Counted from the whole stretch's first letter, positions 1 to 12,048 are shown. The stretch: 63,546 nt of DNA, filler included, from Octopus bimaculoides (GCF_001194135.2; 4 parts of 3 records of this genome joined end to end with filler, not necessarily neighbours in it); one strand, 5' to 3'. The notes: generated by a model not told the origin, from the letters alone. Numbers and translations: made by a program.

Positions 1-60
1 ATATATAAATAAATATATATCTATAACTATAAATATATATATAAATACGAATATAAATAT

Positions 61-540
61 ATCATCATCATCGTTTAACGTCTGCTTTCCATGCTGGCAT
101 GGGTTTGACGGTTTGATGAGAACTGGCAAGCCAGATAGCTGTACTAGGCTCCAGTCTGATCTGGCAGAGTTTCTACAGCCGGATGCCCTTCCTAATGCCA
201 GCCACTCCAAGAGTGTAGTAGGTGCTTTTACATGCCACTGGCTTGAGGGCCAGTCAGGTGGTTCTGGCAACAACCACACTCAAATGGTGTTTTTTACATG
301 CCACCTGCACTGGCAATGACCTCGTTCAAATGTTTTTCATGTGCCAGTAAGGCAATGCTGATAATGATCACATTTGAATGGTACTTTTTACATGCCACCG
401 GCACAGGAGTCAGTCAGCAACCCTGGCAAAGATCATGTTCGGATGGTGCTCTTAGTGCTCCACTGGCATGGATGCCATTGAATTTGATTTCGATTTCACT
501 TGCCTCAACAGAGTTTAGTGTCCAATGAAGGAAAGGCACA
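61..540 (-). mobile_element. SINE-like or truncated RTE-LINE 3' UTR with (GAT)n tail
   Basis: Reverse complement reads ...GGCATTAGGAAGGGCATCCGGCTGTAGAAAC...CCAGCATGGAAAGCAGACGTTAAACGATGATGAT; same sequence as the 3' UTR that follows the RTE reverse transcriptase at 27400-27897. Confidence 0.8.
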
Positions 541-1314
541 CATAAGTGGGCCATCACCTCGCCTTCGAAGGTTAACCCAAATGGATTTAAATCTCAAAAT
601 GTAGAGGGATGAATCAAAATATTGATCAAGGGGATTTAAACCCCATGTATAGAAGGATGGATTGAAATATTGTTAGGAACACCTGGTTTAATGCTCAACT
701 GTTTCTGCCATTTGATTGTACTCATTTGTGGGCATAATGTTAATTCATAAACATGATACATATATTGCACTTGGGTATGATTATAGAAAAAAGCTAAAAG
801 GACAATCTATGGGTACCCTCAATTGTTAACACATCATGCTGTTTGTTTGTCCATAAATTGTATGACAGACCCTAATGACATTATCAGTCATCAATCTAAA
901 GTGAATTGTAGCCTAGTGGCCTTTGTGTTAGCATTATAATAAGTTAAAGACTGCTAACCACAAATTAAGACAGTTTAGTTGCTGAGGACAGACAATTTAG
1001 GGAGCCTCAGGAGAAATAATATGCTAAGTATATGGGGAAAGAAACTGAAATTTGTACAAGATTAAAACTCATACACTCACATTTACGCACACACCTACTT
1101 ACAAGCACATAAGTACAGTGATACACACATCTATATACATTATTCTTACACATATTTATATATAATCTCACACTGACACACACACACATACGTACATGCA
1201 AGTAATTTTTAGTGTATGTGAGTCATTGCATGTAGATATGTTTGAATATCTGTAAATATATTATGTATATATATATATGCATATGTATATATATATATAT
1301 ATATATATATGCTT

Positions 1315-1344
<30 letters not shown>

Positions 1345-1346
<2 letters not shown>

Positions 1347-1627
1347 CATCATCATCATCATCATCATCGTTTAACGTCCGCTTTCCATGCTAGCATGGGT
1401 TGGACGATTTGACTGAGGACTGGTACAACCGGATGGCTACACCAGGCTCCAATCTAATTTGGCAGAGTTTCTACAGCTGGATGCCCTTCCTAATGCCAAC
1501 CACTCAGAGAGTGTAGTGGGTGCTTTTACATGTCACCCGCACGAAAACGGCCACGCTCGAAATGGTGTCTTTTATGTGCCACCCGCACAAGAGCCAGTCC
1601 AGGGGCACTGGCAACGATCTCGCTCGT
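1345..1627 (-). mobile_element. RTE-tail SINE copy (CpG-intact, probably younger)
   Basis: (CAT)n followed by CGTTTAACGTCCGCTTTCCATGCTAGCATGGG...GGATGCCCTTCCTAATGCCAACC; same family as 61-540. Confidence 0.85.
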
Positions 1628-1760
1628 ACATATATATGTATATATGTATGTATATATGCATATATATATGTATGTATACATATATATACATGTATGTTTG
1701 TGTATGTAAGTATATATATGTGTGTGTGTGTGTATATATATGTATGTGTATATATATATG

Positions 1761-1808
<48 letters not shown>

Positions 1809-1814
1809 CATACA

Positions 1815-2482
1815 TTTAATGCTGACAAATTCCAAGCCCTACACTACCAGAATCCAAAACTGAATATAAAACTTACAGGGTACACTGCCCCACAAGGGAT
1901 TACAATCCCAGAGCCTAAATCAGTGAGGGATCTGGGTATCAACACGAGTGATGATATCTCTTTTCAAGTGCACATTACCAGGATAGCAACAAAGTGCAGA
2001 CGACTGACTGGCTGGATTCTGAGAACGTTCAGAACCAGAAAGAATGAAACCATGATGGTCCTCTGGAGGACATTTGTCCTCAGCCGCCTGGATTACTGCT
2101 CCCAACTATGGTCACTCAACAGTGTAAAATTAACAGCAGACCTTGAAGTAATCCAGCAAAGCTTCACAAAGAAGATAATCTCATTGCAACAGCTCAGCTA
2201 CTGGGAAAGGCTGAAACAGCTAATACTCTACTCCTTGGAGCGAAGGTAGGAGAGGTATGCAATAATATACATCTGGAAGATTCTGGAAGGAATTGTGCCA
2301 AATTTTGGCATTGAAAGCTACACAAATACCTGAACTGGTAGACACTGCACAGTGCCAAAGATCAAAGAAATGCCCTCGCGCTTCAGGACCAGTCACTGCA
2401 ACAGCCTGGATTTCAGGAGCCCGCAGCTTTTTAATATTCTCCCAAAGAGCCTGAGGGAATTACATAAAGTGGACGTAGTAAC
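1815..2482 (+). pseudogene. CR1/L2-like LINE ORF2 C-terminal fragment (RT thumb region), with stops
   Basis: Translates [11 protein letters not shown]...VRDLGI...WILRTFRTR...SRLDYCSQLW...YWERLKQLILYSLERR*ERYAIIYIWKILEG...FNILPK, typical CR1-clade C-terminal motifs. Confidence 0.9.
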
Positions 2483-3318
2483 CAGAAAATGTATTATAGA
2501 CGTAATCTTAGCGTTTAATGACAACATACCATGAAGATACATACGAGCAGTCTTATAGTACTGCTGTGTTATTGTTTTCTTACTTTACCCCTTATTGTAG
2601 TGTGGTCATGTATGTGTGTATGCATACATACGAATATTTATTTATATCCGCATATATACTTCTTGATAATTTATTTTGTCTTTGTATTATTTATACACAC
2701 TCCATTTATATAAGTATATACAGGTATGTGAGTATGCATGTGTGTGTACGTATGTGTGCACGTACATAAATACATAAATGCACATGTATGTGTATATGTA
2801 TGTATATATATATTCATGCCTAATTCACTTGACCGGTTAATAGTTGTCCAACCGTAGCTAAGCCAAGACAGTTTAAAACAATAGATGACCAATTAGATGA
2901 GGGTACTGAACAGCAAAAATTACCTCTCCCCATTACCAGCAGGATTCTGGTAATTATTTCTGTCTGCACATTTGATTTACAGGAAATACTTTTTAAAGGA
3001 AGAATAAAACATTAAGCCAAATATCATATATATTTCTTTTGATGAGCAATAATATTCTACATAATTACAGTTTGGATACATAAGAAGAGGCAAACAGAAA
3101 ACTGTTTTGTGGAACACATCAAATTTAACCATAATTTATAAGCACTCATATTTTGAGTGATTGACAAGCCAATTTACACTTAACAAAAGACAGCATCTTT
3201 CTTTTGTAAAATGGTATAATTAAGAGCAAAATAGTCTCACACGTATATTATTGTCAATGTTACAATAATCTTATCTGGAGCATTTCAGTTCTATTTTTGG
3301 TTTCTATCTTCTTTTCAG

Positions 3319-3359
3319 ACAAGTTGTTTAGAGATATTTATAGCAAAGATTAAAACATG
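3319..3359 (+). CDS. candidate 41-bp internal exon (unverified)
   Basis: Acceptor TTTCTATCTTCTTTTCAG, donor ATG|GTAAGC; one open frame TSCLEIFIAKIKT(W). No homology recognised. Confidence 0.25.
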
Positions 3360-3514
3360 GTAAGCTATTAAAAAATATTTTGACTAGAAAGTAATTTCAG
3401 AAATATGTTTCTCCTTTGTTGAAACTGCATTTAGTTTATCCTAATTTTTGACAAAAATGAAATAAACTATTATCATTCTTGACAGAATCATTAGAGCTTT
3501 AGATAGAATACTTT

Positions 3515-3680
3515 GGCAGTATTTTTTCCTGCTATTTACATTCTGAATTCAAATCCATTAGAGGTCAACTTTACTTACTCCAAAAGGATAAAAAAGCAAA
3601 GAACCAATCAAGTACTGGGTAGCAACTAATTCATCTCACCAAATTGCTAGCCTTATGCCTAAATTAGAAACAATTATTTT
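3515..3680 (+). mobile_element. tRNA-derived SINE type C (Nin/Deu-like core), degraded
   Basis: TTCTGAATTCAAATCC...GAGGTCAACTTT...AGTACTGGG...AAATTGCTAGCCTTATGCCTAAATTAGAAAC matches better copies at 39984 and 30640. Confidence 0.6.
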
Positions 3681-3879
3681 AGTAGGAAAATTTGTAACTT
3701 CAAAAACTGTAGAATCTGTAACTCTACAGAAATATATTTACATTAAAATATAAAGATATTTCAAGAACCTATTGGTGGTTAACTTAAGACTGAATAATAA
3801 ATACATTTTTACATTTAAATAAACCAATACTTGTGGGTATACACTGTATAAAAATTAGCATTCTTGCAATATAGTCCTT

Positions 3880-4450
3880 TTGCCTTGTAAGCCTTTTCTC
3901 TATATTGTCAAAGACCCTGACCAATCTCTCTCCCCAACACAACTCATTTTCTTGAGCCATCCCCTCTCCACCATCTCCCACTCTCCTTTTTGCATTCATG
4001 CAAACTTACCTACCCACTTATCCTATCCAATCCTCTTTACCTCTTTACTTATATATCCCTCCCTTCCCTGTAACCTGAGGATGCACTCCAACACATCTTC
4101 TTCGCCATCTTTTCTTTCTTCCTGTCTCCTTTCTTTTTCCAACTAAGGTAGGCAAGTATCTCCTCTACTGTAGGGCACCTGCCTCTAGCTTCTGTTATTC
4201 TCTAACCTTTTATCGTTTGGCACAAAGCTACTTCCCTCAATAGTATTCCCCACTCAGTTGGTGGAGGTCTAGTTTTGCAGGTTACTTGGTGACTTTGTTG
4301 GTGCTATATAAAAAGCGCCCAGTACACCTGTAAAGTGGCTGGCATTAGGAAAGGCATCTAACTAAAGAAACCACGTCAAAACAGAGAGAAGAACTTGGTG
4401 CAGTCATTTTGTTTGTCAGCTTCTATCATACCATCTATCCCATGCACAAA
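3880..4450 (+). mobile_element. composite repeat: pyrimidine-rich body joined to RTE-type tail
   Basis: C/T-rich tract, then AAAGCTACTTCCCTCAATA, then AAAAAGCGCCC...GGCATTAGGAAAGGCATC; same layout at 7130-7808 and 16315-16955 (minus). Confidence 0.6.
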
Positions 4451-4459
4451 CTTCTTTTA

Positions 4460-4548
4460 GTTTCTGGGTGCCAAATTCACTCACAAGGCTTTAGTCAGCC
4501 TGGAGCTATAGTAGAGGACACTTGCCCAAAGTGCCATGCAGTGAGACA
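4460..4548 (-). mobile_element. tRNA-derived SINE type A, 5' half fragment
   Basis: CACTCACAAGGCTTTAGTCAGCC...TATAGTAGAGGACACTTGCCCAAAGTGCC is the reverse complement of the type A body. Confidence 0.75.
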
Positions 4549-4554
4549 GAGACA

Positions 4555-4665
4555 GAATAAAAAAGGAAAGAACACATTGGATAAGGGGGTTCTGGATGCA
4601 CTATGTCTGAATAAAAGAAGAGATGATCATGACTGGAATCAGAGTGGAACTGCAGTTAAATAACA
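4555..4665 (-). repeat. unclassified short interspersed repeat (family E)
   Basis: Reverse complement ATTCCAGTCATGATCATC...CAGACATAGTGCATCC...TTATCCAATGTGTTC aligns with the copies at 18800-19000 and 19390-19490. Confidence 0.55.
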
Positions 4666-4834
4666 ATATCATAGAAGAACTGCCTGTATAACAGAAATAT
4701 TTGACAAACAAAAATAAATAATAAATAAAATAAAAAAGATTAAAGTGAACTACTGCAGGCTTATCCTACTTATTTGCTATATGTATTTGCTATTTCTAAA
4801 TGAAGTATTATTTTTTTTTTCAACTATTTTAAGT

Positions 4835-5125
4835 TACTGTACTGTTGCAGCCATACTGGGACACTATCTTCATGTGTCTTAATCAATTATATCAACCACA
4901 GTTCTTATTTCGGTCTGATATTCAATCGATTACTGTTTGTTAAACTGCTAAGGTGTAGTCAATAAAGGAACATAACGCAAGCAGCAACACTAGTTTCCAG
5001 ATCAGGTATTTGTCAACATGCAGCTATAGTAGAAAAGGTTCAAAGGTGCTGTGTAGTGGGATCCAACCTGAAACCACGTGGTTACAAAGCAAACTTCTTT
5101 ATCACATAGCAATGTCTGCACCTCT
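4835..5125 (-). mobile_element. SINE type A, degraded near-complete copy
   Basis: Tail (GCAGCCATACTGGG) at 4845 and head (CTATAGTAGAA...AACCACGTGGTT...GCAAACTTCTTTATCACATAGC) at 5025-5112. Confidence 0.65.
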
Positions 5126-5859
5126 GCACCTATTATTATTTTCTATATACAAAAGAGCTTACTCTGGAATTTTACTAAAAAAGGCAACAATTTTTTGTAT
5201 CAATTTAATAAATACATTGAATAATTTAAGGTTGTTCAAACTAAAAGGTAATTATCAGATAGGAAAGCATTAAAAGACCTGACAGCACTATTCATGAGAT
5301 TGTGAGAAGTGAAATAAGAAAATGACACTTGAGGTATTTCAGTGAATAATGACAACATACACACAACTGAATAGTCTGGACATCAAGTCATTTGATAAAA
5401 GCTGTTGGGGAAAAGGTGGGTTAATATTTTTCTAATCAACTGATTTTCAGTTTTCATCTTTACAATGGTTTTATCTTTTGTTTGTAAGTACATTTTGCTA
5501 AATCATTTGTTTTTCTGGTTTTCAATCTCCAAATATATTTCTTGAAAATTTAATTTTTTTTTTATAGTAATCAAGTTAGTGATGTATTAAATGCAGTTTC
5601 TTTTTATCTTTTAAATATCAAAAAAAAATTTTGTATGCTGAATTGTCTTCCAGTAATGTAATAAAAATAGCTGTAAGTTAATCTACATTTTATAAATTTC
5701 AAAACCTCACATCTACTTTGACTTTATTTTCCATTACTCCAATATTAATAAAATTCCAGAAAGATATACATTTATCAATTATTATGTGTCAACAAATTAA
5801 CCAATACATTATCATTTGATCTGCTAGAAATAAGAGCCAAACCTCTCTGATATGACATA

Positions 5860-6008
5860 CAACTGACTTAAATAAAAAGAAGGATACATTGAATAGTGTA
5901 GTACTAGATACATTATATCTAGAACAAAATATATGAAGTAATCATGGCTGGAGTGTCTTTATTCATAGGCCAGTTCAGTCAGGCTAACCTGGGAGCTGAA
6001 CAACACTA
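5860..6008 (-). repeat. family E repeat
   Basis: TAGATACATTAT...CATGGCTGGAGTGTCTTTATTCATAGG...CAGGCTAACCTGGGAGCTGAACAAC, reverse complement of the 18800-18900 copy. Confidence 0.5.
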
Positions 6009-6438
6009 ATTAGTATTTTTTCATTCAGTTATTGATTCTCCTTTACAAATATGGTCTTGTATCAAATGAAATCATTAATGTGGCAGGTTAATTCTATATA
6101 AGAATACATATTCAGTCTAATTTTACTTAGTTCCTACACTCTATTGTATATTATTTCATTTCACTATTAGCATTGGTAATTTGGTCACAACAAGTGAGAA
6201 TACAGTGTTTAGTGTTCAATAAATCTTGTCCTGAGATTAATTCATACTAGAGACATTTTTTATCTTTCTTCTCAGTAGGGTTGATTAAAATATGTAAAGT
6301 ACTGAGAGTGATTCAGTTGTTCTAGGACCTTTGGGAATTGATACTAGATCAGGAAATCCAATACTTATGTCTAGCATCAGATAAATAACAGTTCTCAGAA
6401 TTTTATTATTTTTAAAATTTAATTACTGTTAGTCTCAC

Positions 6439-6482
6439 CAGTGGATGAAATGCTCTTAAAGTACCACTTTTCCATCACTTTC
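6439..6482 (-). CDS. candidate 44-bp internal exon (unverified)
   Basis: Minus strand: TATTTACAG|GAAAGTG...CCACTG|GTGAGA; one open frame KVMEKWYFKSISST. No homology recognised. Confidence 0.2.
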
Positions 6483-6559
6483 CTGTAAATACTTTATAAC
6501 CAGATTCCTATGTGTGTATCAGTATGTGTATCATTGTATCATTGCATGTGTGTATGCTA

Positions 6560-6705
6560 TCATCATCAACTTCATCATCATCTAACATCCATTTTCCATG
6601 CTGGCATGGGTTGGACAGTTTGACAGGAGCTACATCAGGCTCCATTGTCTGTTCAGGCACAGTTGCTATGGCTGGATGCCCTTCTTAATACTAACCTGCT
6701 TTTTA
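6560..6705 (-). mobile_element. RTE-tail SINE copy
   Basis: CATCATC...TTTTCCATGCTGGCATGGGTTGGACAGTTTGAC...GGCTGGATGCCCTTC. Confidence 0.75.
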
Positions 6706-6821
6706 GAGCCTTTTATGGTGTTAGGTAGATGAGAGATAAATATCTACCTAGATAGAGATCCAGTCTATCATACATATAGAGAGAGTTTATTTTCTTTCTT
6801 GTATCAAACTGATGCTTATAT

Positions 6822-7095
6822 ATATCATCTAACATCTGTTTTCCATGCTGGTAAGGCCAGGAGCTGCACCAGGTTCCACTGTCTGTTTTGGCATTGTTCC
6901 TGCAGCTGGACTTCCTTCCTAATGCCAACCACTTTACAGAGTGTATGGGGTGCTTTTTATGTGGCACCAACATTGATGCTTTTTTGCATGATACCAGCAC
7001 TAGTAATTTTTATGTGGTACCAGCAGCAGTGCCTTTTAAGTGGCACCAGCACTTGTGATTTTTATGTCACACCAGCACTAACAAGGTTACCACAT
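6822..7095 (-). mobile_element. RTE-tail SINE copy with short tandem TTTTATGTGGCACCAGCA units
   Basis: CATCTGTTTTCCATGCTGG...CTTCCTAATGCCAACCACTTTACAGAGTGTATGGGGTGCTTTTTATGTGGCACC and repeats. Confidence 0.75.
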
Positions 7096-7129
7096 TTGTC
7101 TCAATATGTACATTATAATTTTATTTTCC

Positions 7130-7804
7130 AAGTTCCATTCCTCATTATCTTCTTCCAGCCACACTCTATTCTCTGCTATACTCCATTCTTAACACCTGTT
7201 TTGTCTTCTATCATTCTCAATGCCCTCATGTATCTAACATAACCCTTCGTCTGAGCATTCCTATAGCTCTCGCCTTCAACTACCAGTCATCTATCCCATC
7301 TATCCATCTCTCCTTACATCGTTATGGAATTTTCCCGTCCCCCCTGCCTACTCACCCAGTCCAGTCTTCTGTATCACTTCCCAGTGTACATGTGTCCTGA
7401 CACATATGCACCACCATCCATCTCACTCCCTCCATCTTTCTAAGCTTCTCTTTCTCTCATTTCTTCTCCTACTGGAGTGTCCTTGTATCTCTTCTACAGC
7501 AAGACACTTATTTCTATCCCGCTATTATTCTTTCAACCTCTCAACTTGCAAAAAGCTACTTCCTTTAATACTCCCTCCCCCATCAAGGGGATTGCCTCAT
7601 CTTAAAATTTATTGGCTGACCCCACCAGTGCTGGTACCATGAAAAAAGCACCCACTACAGTCTGTAAAATAATTGGTATTCGGAAGGGCACTCAGCCATA
7701 AAAGCCATGCCAAAACAGACAAGAGAACTTCACACAGCCCTCTGGCTTGTCAGCTCTTGTCAAATATCGAACCCATGCCAGCACAGAAAAAGGACATTAA
7801 ATAA

Positions 7805-7808
<4 letters not shown>
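7130..7808 (+). mobile_element. composite repeat: pyrimidine-rich body joined to RTE-type tail
   Basis: C/T-rich body, AAAGCTACTTCCTTTAATAC, then AAAAAAGCACCC...CCCATGCCAGCACAGAAAAAGGACATTAAATAATGAT. Confidence 0.65.
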
Positions 7809-7873
<65 letters not shown>

Positions 7874-9874
7874 CAATAATTTTCTGTTAAGACTTCTTGT
7901 TTGTTATCTACTGAGGATGGCATTACATCAGTTATTTTACTGCTGTGAATGCTAGAAACAAGCTTTAAAAAGTCTGGCAAAGAAATATTGATATATTTAA
8001 GCCTTTTGATAACAACCTGTATCAACTGCCCTTGGATTGGAATGTTTAGGATTTGGAGGAAGAGACAGTAGAGGCAAAAAGAGAGAAGGATGCATTGGAC
8101 ATATGTGGAACACAGCTTGCTAGTCCAAGAGAGCTGGAGCAATTGTAGTAGTAATAGAAGAAATAACAAAACATAATGCATCTATGTAATAGTGATTATG
8201 AGTGCTTGTAAATGAATTTGAGAACTATCAATAATTTTGGCAGAGATGCAATCTATGATTTGTGTGTGTGTGTGCACATACAGCATTTAGTAGCCATCCC
8301 TGAAACGGCACAGAGCCACCGAGGAGACCAGTTGTTTAACCATTGTTTTGCTGCATTATAGGACACACCATGATCTTGCTACACTTTCATGAAGTAATTT
8401 ACTGAATGGTCCCTACCCAGCCAAGCTAAATTTCTTTATCACAGCAGGAATTGCTATACACCTAAGTATTTTAATTTTTCAACCATTTCATATTGTGGTA
8501 CTGGTACTGTATGCTGTGGATCCTGTGGACAGTCCACAAGACTAATGCATACATCCTAAACCAAGCAGATATTCTTGCCAGCCTACTAAGTATTGTGCAT
8601 AACTGGAAACTGAAATATTTTAGCCTTATTTGCTCCCAGTCATTTGACAACCTTGAGTAGTTATGCTTAGTACTACTCTAGGCATACATTGACATAGGAG
8701 ACCATGTTGATCATGGGCCAGTGACATGAAACAGTGAATAGCCTACCATTTATATACACCATCTCCTGAGAACTTCTCAAAACTGATTACAGTGGTGAGG
8801 ATTTGGACAAGTTGTTTCCAGTAGTTGTTTGTTGACCTGATAAGTAGCAATATATAAAATAAAGATATCTTAATAGTTCTTTGATGCAAGTTGAACTTGA
8901 GTTTTATAGAGATTTAGAAGCTGAAAAAAAAAAAAAAGGCTGAAGTATTTGCTTATGTTTGTAATGTTGCTATGAGAGATCTTCAGAGATTGTATAGCTC
9001 AGTATTTGTAGCAACTTTTATGGGTTTAGCTAGTTGTTCTTCAGGCAGAGGGAATCTAGTTCAAGATTGTGTTTGTGAAATGCTTTTCAGTAGTGTCAAA
9101 GGAAATAAGGTATTCATATGCTCACTATAAGATATTTTAAAGGTCCCTTTACATGGAAATAGAGCAAGTTTGACAAGAGGTACCTACATTGAATATGAAT
9201 AGTGTGTAGTAGTTTAAGCAGAGGTAAAAAAAATTCATTCCTTAAGAAAAAAAAATGGATGATAGCATGTAAGAAGGAAAAAAGAATTGTGGGCAGGATT
9301 CTTTATATGAAAATAAAAATTCCTATATTAATTTGTGAAATAGAATTTCAACTTACAGTTGCTAGTTAGATATGGGAATCTTCTGCCCCTACCCAAAACA
9401 TTTTCAAAAAAATCTGGGTCTTTACATTATCAAAAATATCATTAATAAGGATTACTTTAATCAGAGAGTGAGACTCAGTGTAAGTTGTTAAGAAAAGGAA
9501 TGAAACTAGGGATTTAAAATGAAAAGATTAACCAGGTGTTCTTATATTATCCTTTACATTTATCCTCGAACTAGTCTATGTTTTGTTGAAGAAATATGCT
9601 TTCCTTATGCACACACACACACACACACAAAATATATGAACTTGCAAACATCAAACATACTTACATTCATAGATTTATACACATGTATACAAACATAAAT
9701 ATACAAATACACACACACATATATATTCAAGGACTTCTAGACATTTACTTACATATATCATTGCTATTATGTTAAACTGTTGTATGTCCAAATTTGGCCA
9801 AATGCATATTTTTTTCAATATTTAATTTCACTTGCAATAGCTGGTTCCTTTGGCCAAACTATTGTATCAATATA

Positions 9875-9944
<70 letters not shown>

Positions 9945-10089
9945 CACACACATACATACATTGAAGTGTAGAGTTAATGGCAATAACTTGACAGGTCCAG
10001 AACTGGGTTAGAGCTGTTCTTGTTAATTATGGCCACACCTGCATGGATGGTAGGTTCATCAATAACATATTATCTCTAAGTTAATATTG

Positions 10090-10257
10090 GTTTTCAATTT
10101 GGCACAAGGCCAGCAATTTCGGGCGAGGGATAAATTGATTACATTGACCCCAGTGCTCAATTGGTACTCACATTTGAGCTTAGAACGTAATGACAGATGA
10201 AATGTTGTCAAGCATTTTGCTCAGCACAGTAACAATCCTGCCAGCTCACAACGTTTG
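10090..10257 (-). mobile_element. SINE type C, internally deleted, with 17-bp target-site duplication
   Basis: TCTCTAAGTTAATATTG at 10073-10089 and 10258-10274 flanks GGCACAAGGCCAGCAATTT...GACCCCAGTGCTC...CTGCCAGCTC. Confidence 0.85.
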
Positions 10258-10340
10258 TCTCTAAGTTAATATTGATATTGGAATAAAACTGATACAACAA
10301 TACTTGTTTAGGAAAAATAAATTGATAAAATATCAGGAGT

Positions 10341-10368
10341 AGTTGTGTGGTAAGAAGCTTGCTTCCGC
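10341..10368 (+). mobile_element. SINE type A head; the body resumes at 11749
   Basis: GTAGTTGTGTGGTAAGAAGCTTGCTTCC; continuation CTTGCTTCCTAACCACATGGTTCC at 11752. Confidence 0.65.
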
Positions 10369-11748
10369 ACATGCATCACCCAGAGTGCATTTGGTTTGTC
10401 ATTTGTGTGCGAGTCAGATGTTTTATTTCTTTTGCTGCTTCGAGGGAAGAGACAATGTACTCAGACTTTAGCAGGTCTGAGTTGTCTTTAGCAAAGGAGG
10501 AGCTGGTAAGGATGGTAATAAAGATGGACGGAGTGTTGCAGAAAACAAGGAGTTTTGCTGAGGCCATGGAGATGAAGCGAAGGGAGCTAGACTTGGCTGG
10601 TCTGGAGGAGTATGAGAAGATGGTACAGAAGATGGGAGGTGACATGAGGTTGTCGCCCTCGCCCCAAAGGAATTATGGAGTGGATGGAGAGAAAAACGAT
10701 CACCTATAAGGTGTCCTCATTAAAAGGAAAAAAGGCCGAGCAGGTGGAAGCTGAAACGGAAAAGGCGCTAAGGGAGCGGTCAAAGAAAGTGGTGTATATA
10801 ACCAAAGGAAAGAGATATGGGACGATGGTCATCTATTTAGGATAGTAGAGGAGGTGAGGAGGCTGGTGAGTGTGGTGGTGAAAACAGGAAGTAGTGCTTC
10901 TGCCCATATACCTTGGAAGAAAGACTTCCAAGGTAAGGGTAGAAGCAATCCCACCTGATATAGAAGTGGCTTGGGTGGCGGCGGCTATCCTTGTTGGAAG
11001 TGAGGAGAAAGTGACTATCCTTCAAGCCACAGAGATGGAGGAAGGAGGGTGGAAAGGGAAGACATTGGAATTGATTATACAGACAGAGGAGGGACAGCTG
11101 GAGAGTTTGGCAGAGACGATGATGGGGGAAATTGTGCTGAGTGTGGGTAGAGGGCAGAGTACCACGATGTTTTTAATGTGGCCAAAAGGGCCACATTAGA
11201 GCATACTGCCCTCTACAGTGGACAATAGCAAAGGAAACAGTTGTGGAGATGGAAGAGAAAAGAGAGGAAGAAAAGACAGATGGAGGAAAGGAGGAAGAAT
11301 GGAGAATAACAGAGTAGAAGGAAGAGGAAAAAGAAAACATTGAGTGTGATGTGGTACACCACTCAAGACCACTCAGAGCCACCCTCCCCATACAGACAAC
11401 AAACCCATCCACCCCATTTCCCCACAGGAAAAAAAGAAAACAAAAGAGCAGACACCTCAGAATTTATAAGACTCCTCCTCCGGTGAAAAAGGTTACGAGA
11501 GAGTGCAGTCATGGAGCAATAGTGGAACAGGAAAAGAGACTAAAAGGAAATTAGGTCTCAGAGGGGTCGAGTGGTGTTGCTTAGTGTGGGGTGAGTAGCA
11601 CACTCTTCATATTTTCATTTTCAACTATCACGCATGTTACTATAATTCTAATTTGTTTTTCATAATACCATATTTTATTTTTATATATTTTTAATTGTTA
11701 TATGTCCCCACATGTGTAAAGCCTTTATGGCTAATTTGATGAAATAAA
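10369..11748. mobile_element. unclassified ~1.4-kb G/A-rich insertion inside a SINE
   Basis: Interrupts SINE A with a near-duplicated AA(G/A)CTTGCTTCC at both junctions; higher GC, strongly purine-skewed, ends with AATAAAG. Confidence 0.5.
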
Positions 11749-11916
11749 GAAACTTGCTTCCTAACCACATGGTTCCGAGTTCAGTCCCACTGTGTGACAC
11801 CTTGGGAAGTGTCTTTTACTATAGCCTTGGGCTGACCAAAGCCTTGTGAGTGGATTTGGTAGACAGAAACTGAAAGAAGCCTGTCGTATATATGTATGCG
11901 TGTGTATATGTTTGTC
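11749..11916 (+). mobile_element. SINE type A 5' half, truncated by gap
   Basis: GGTTCCGAGTTCAGTCCCACTGTGTGACACCTTGGG...GGAT TTGGTAGACAGAAACTGAAAGAAGCC (B-box-like GTTCAGTCCC). Confidence 0.85.
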
Positions 11917-12011
11917 NNNNNNNNNNNNNNNNNNNNNNNNNNNNNNNNNNNNNNNNNNNNNNNNNNNNNNNNNNNNNNNNNNNNNNNNNNNNNNNNNNNN
12001 NNNNNNNNNNN

Positions 12012-12048
<37 letters not shown>

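Noticed and set aside
8915-9130. ~70-codon plus-strand open stretch (AEVFAYVCNVAMRDLQRLY...)
   Set aside because: No convincing splice boundaries or motif; the minus strand has a faint FPLPEEQ likeness to LINE RT that is too weak to call.
10347-11199. 120-aa and 101-aa ORFs as host genes
   Set aside because: They lie inside an insertion into a SINE, and their composition follows from G/A skew; kept only as part of the unclassified element.
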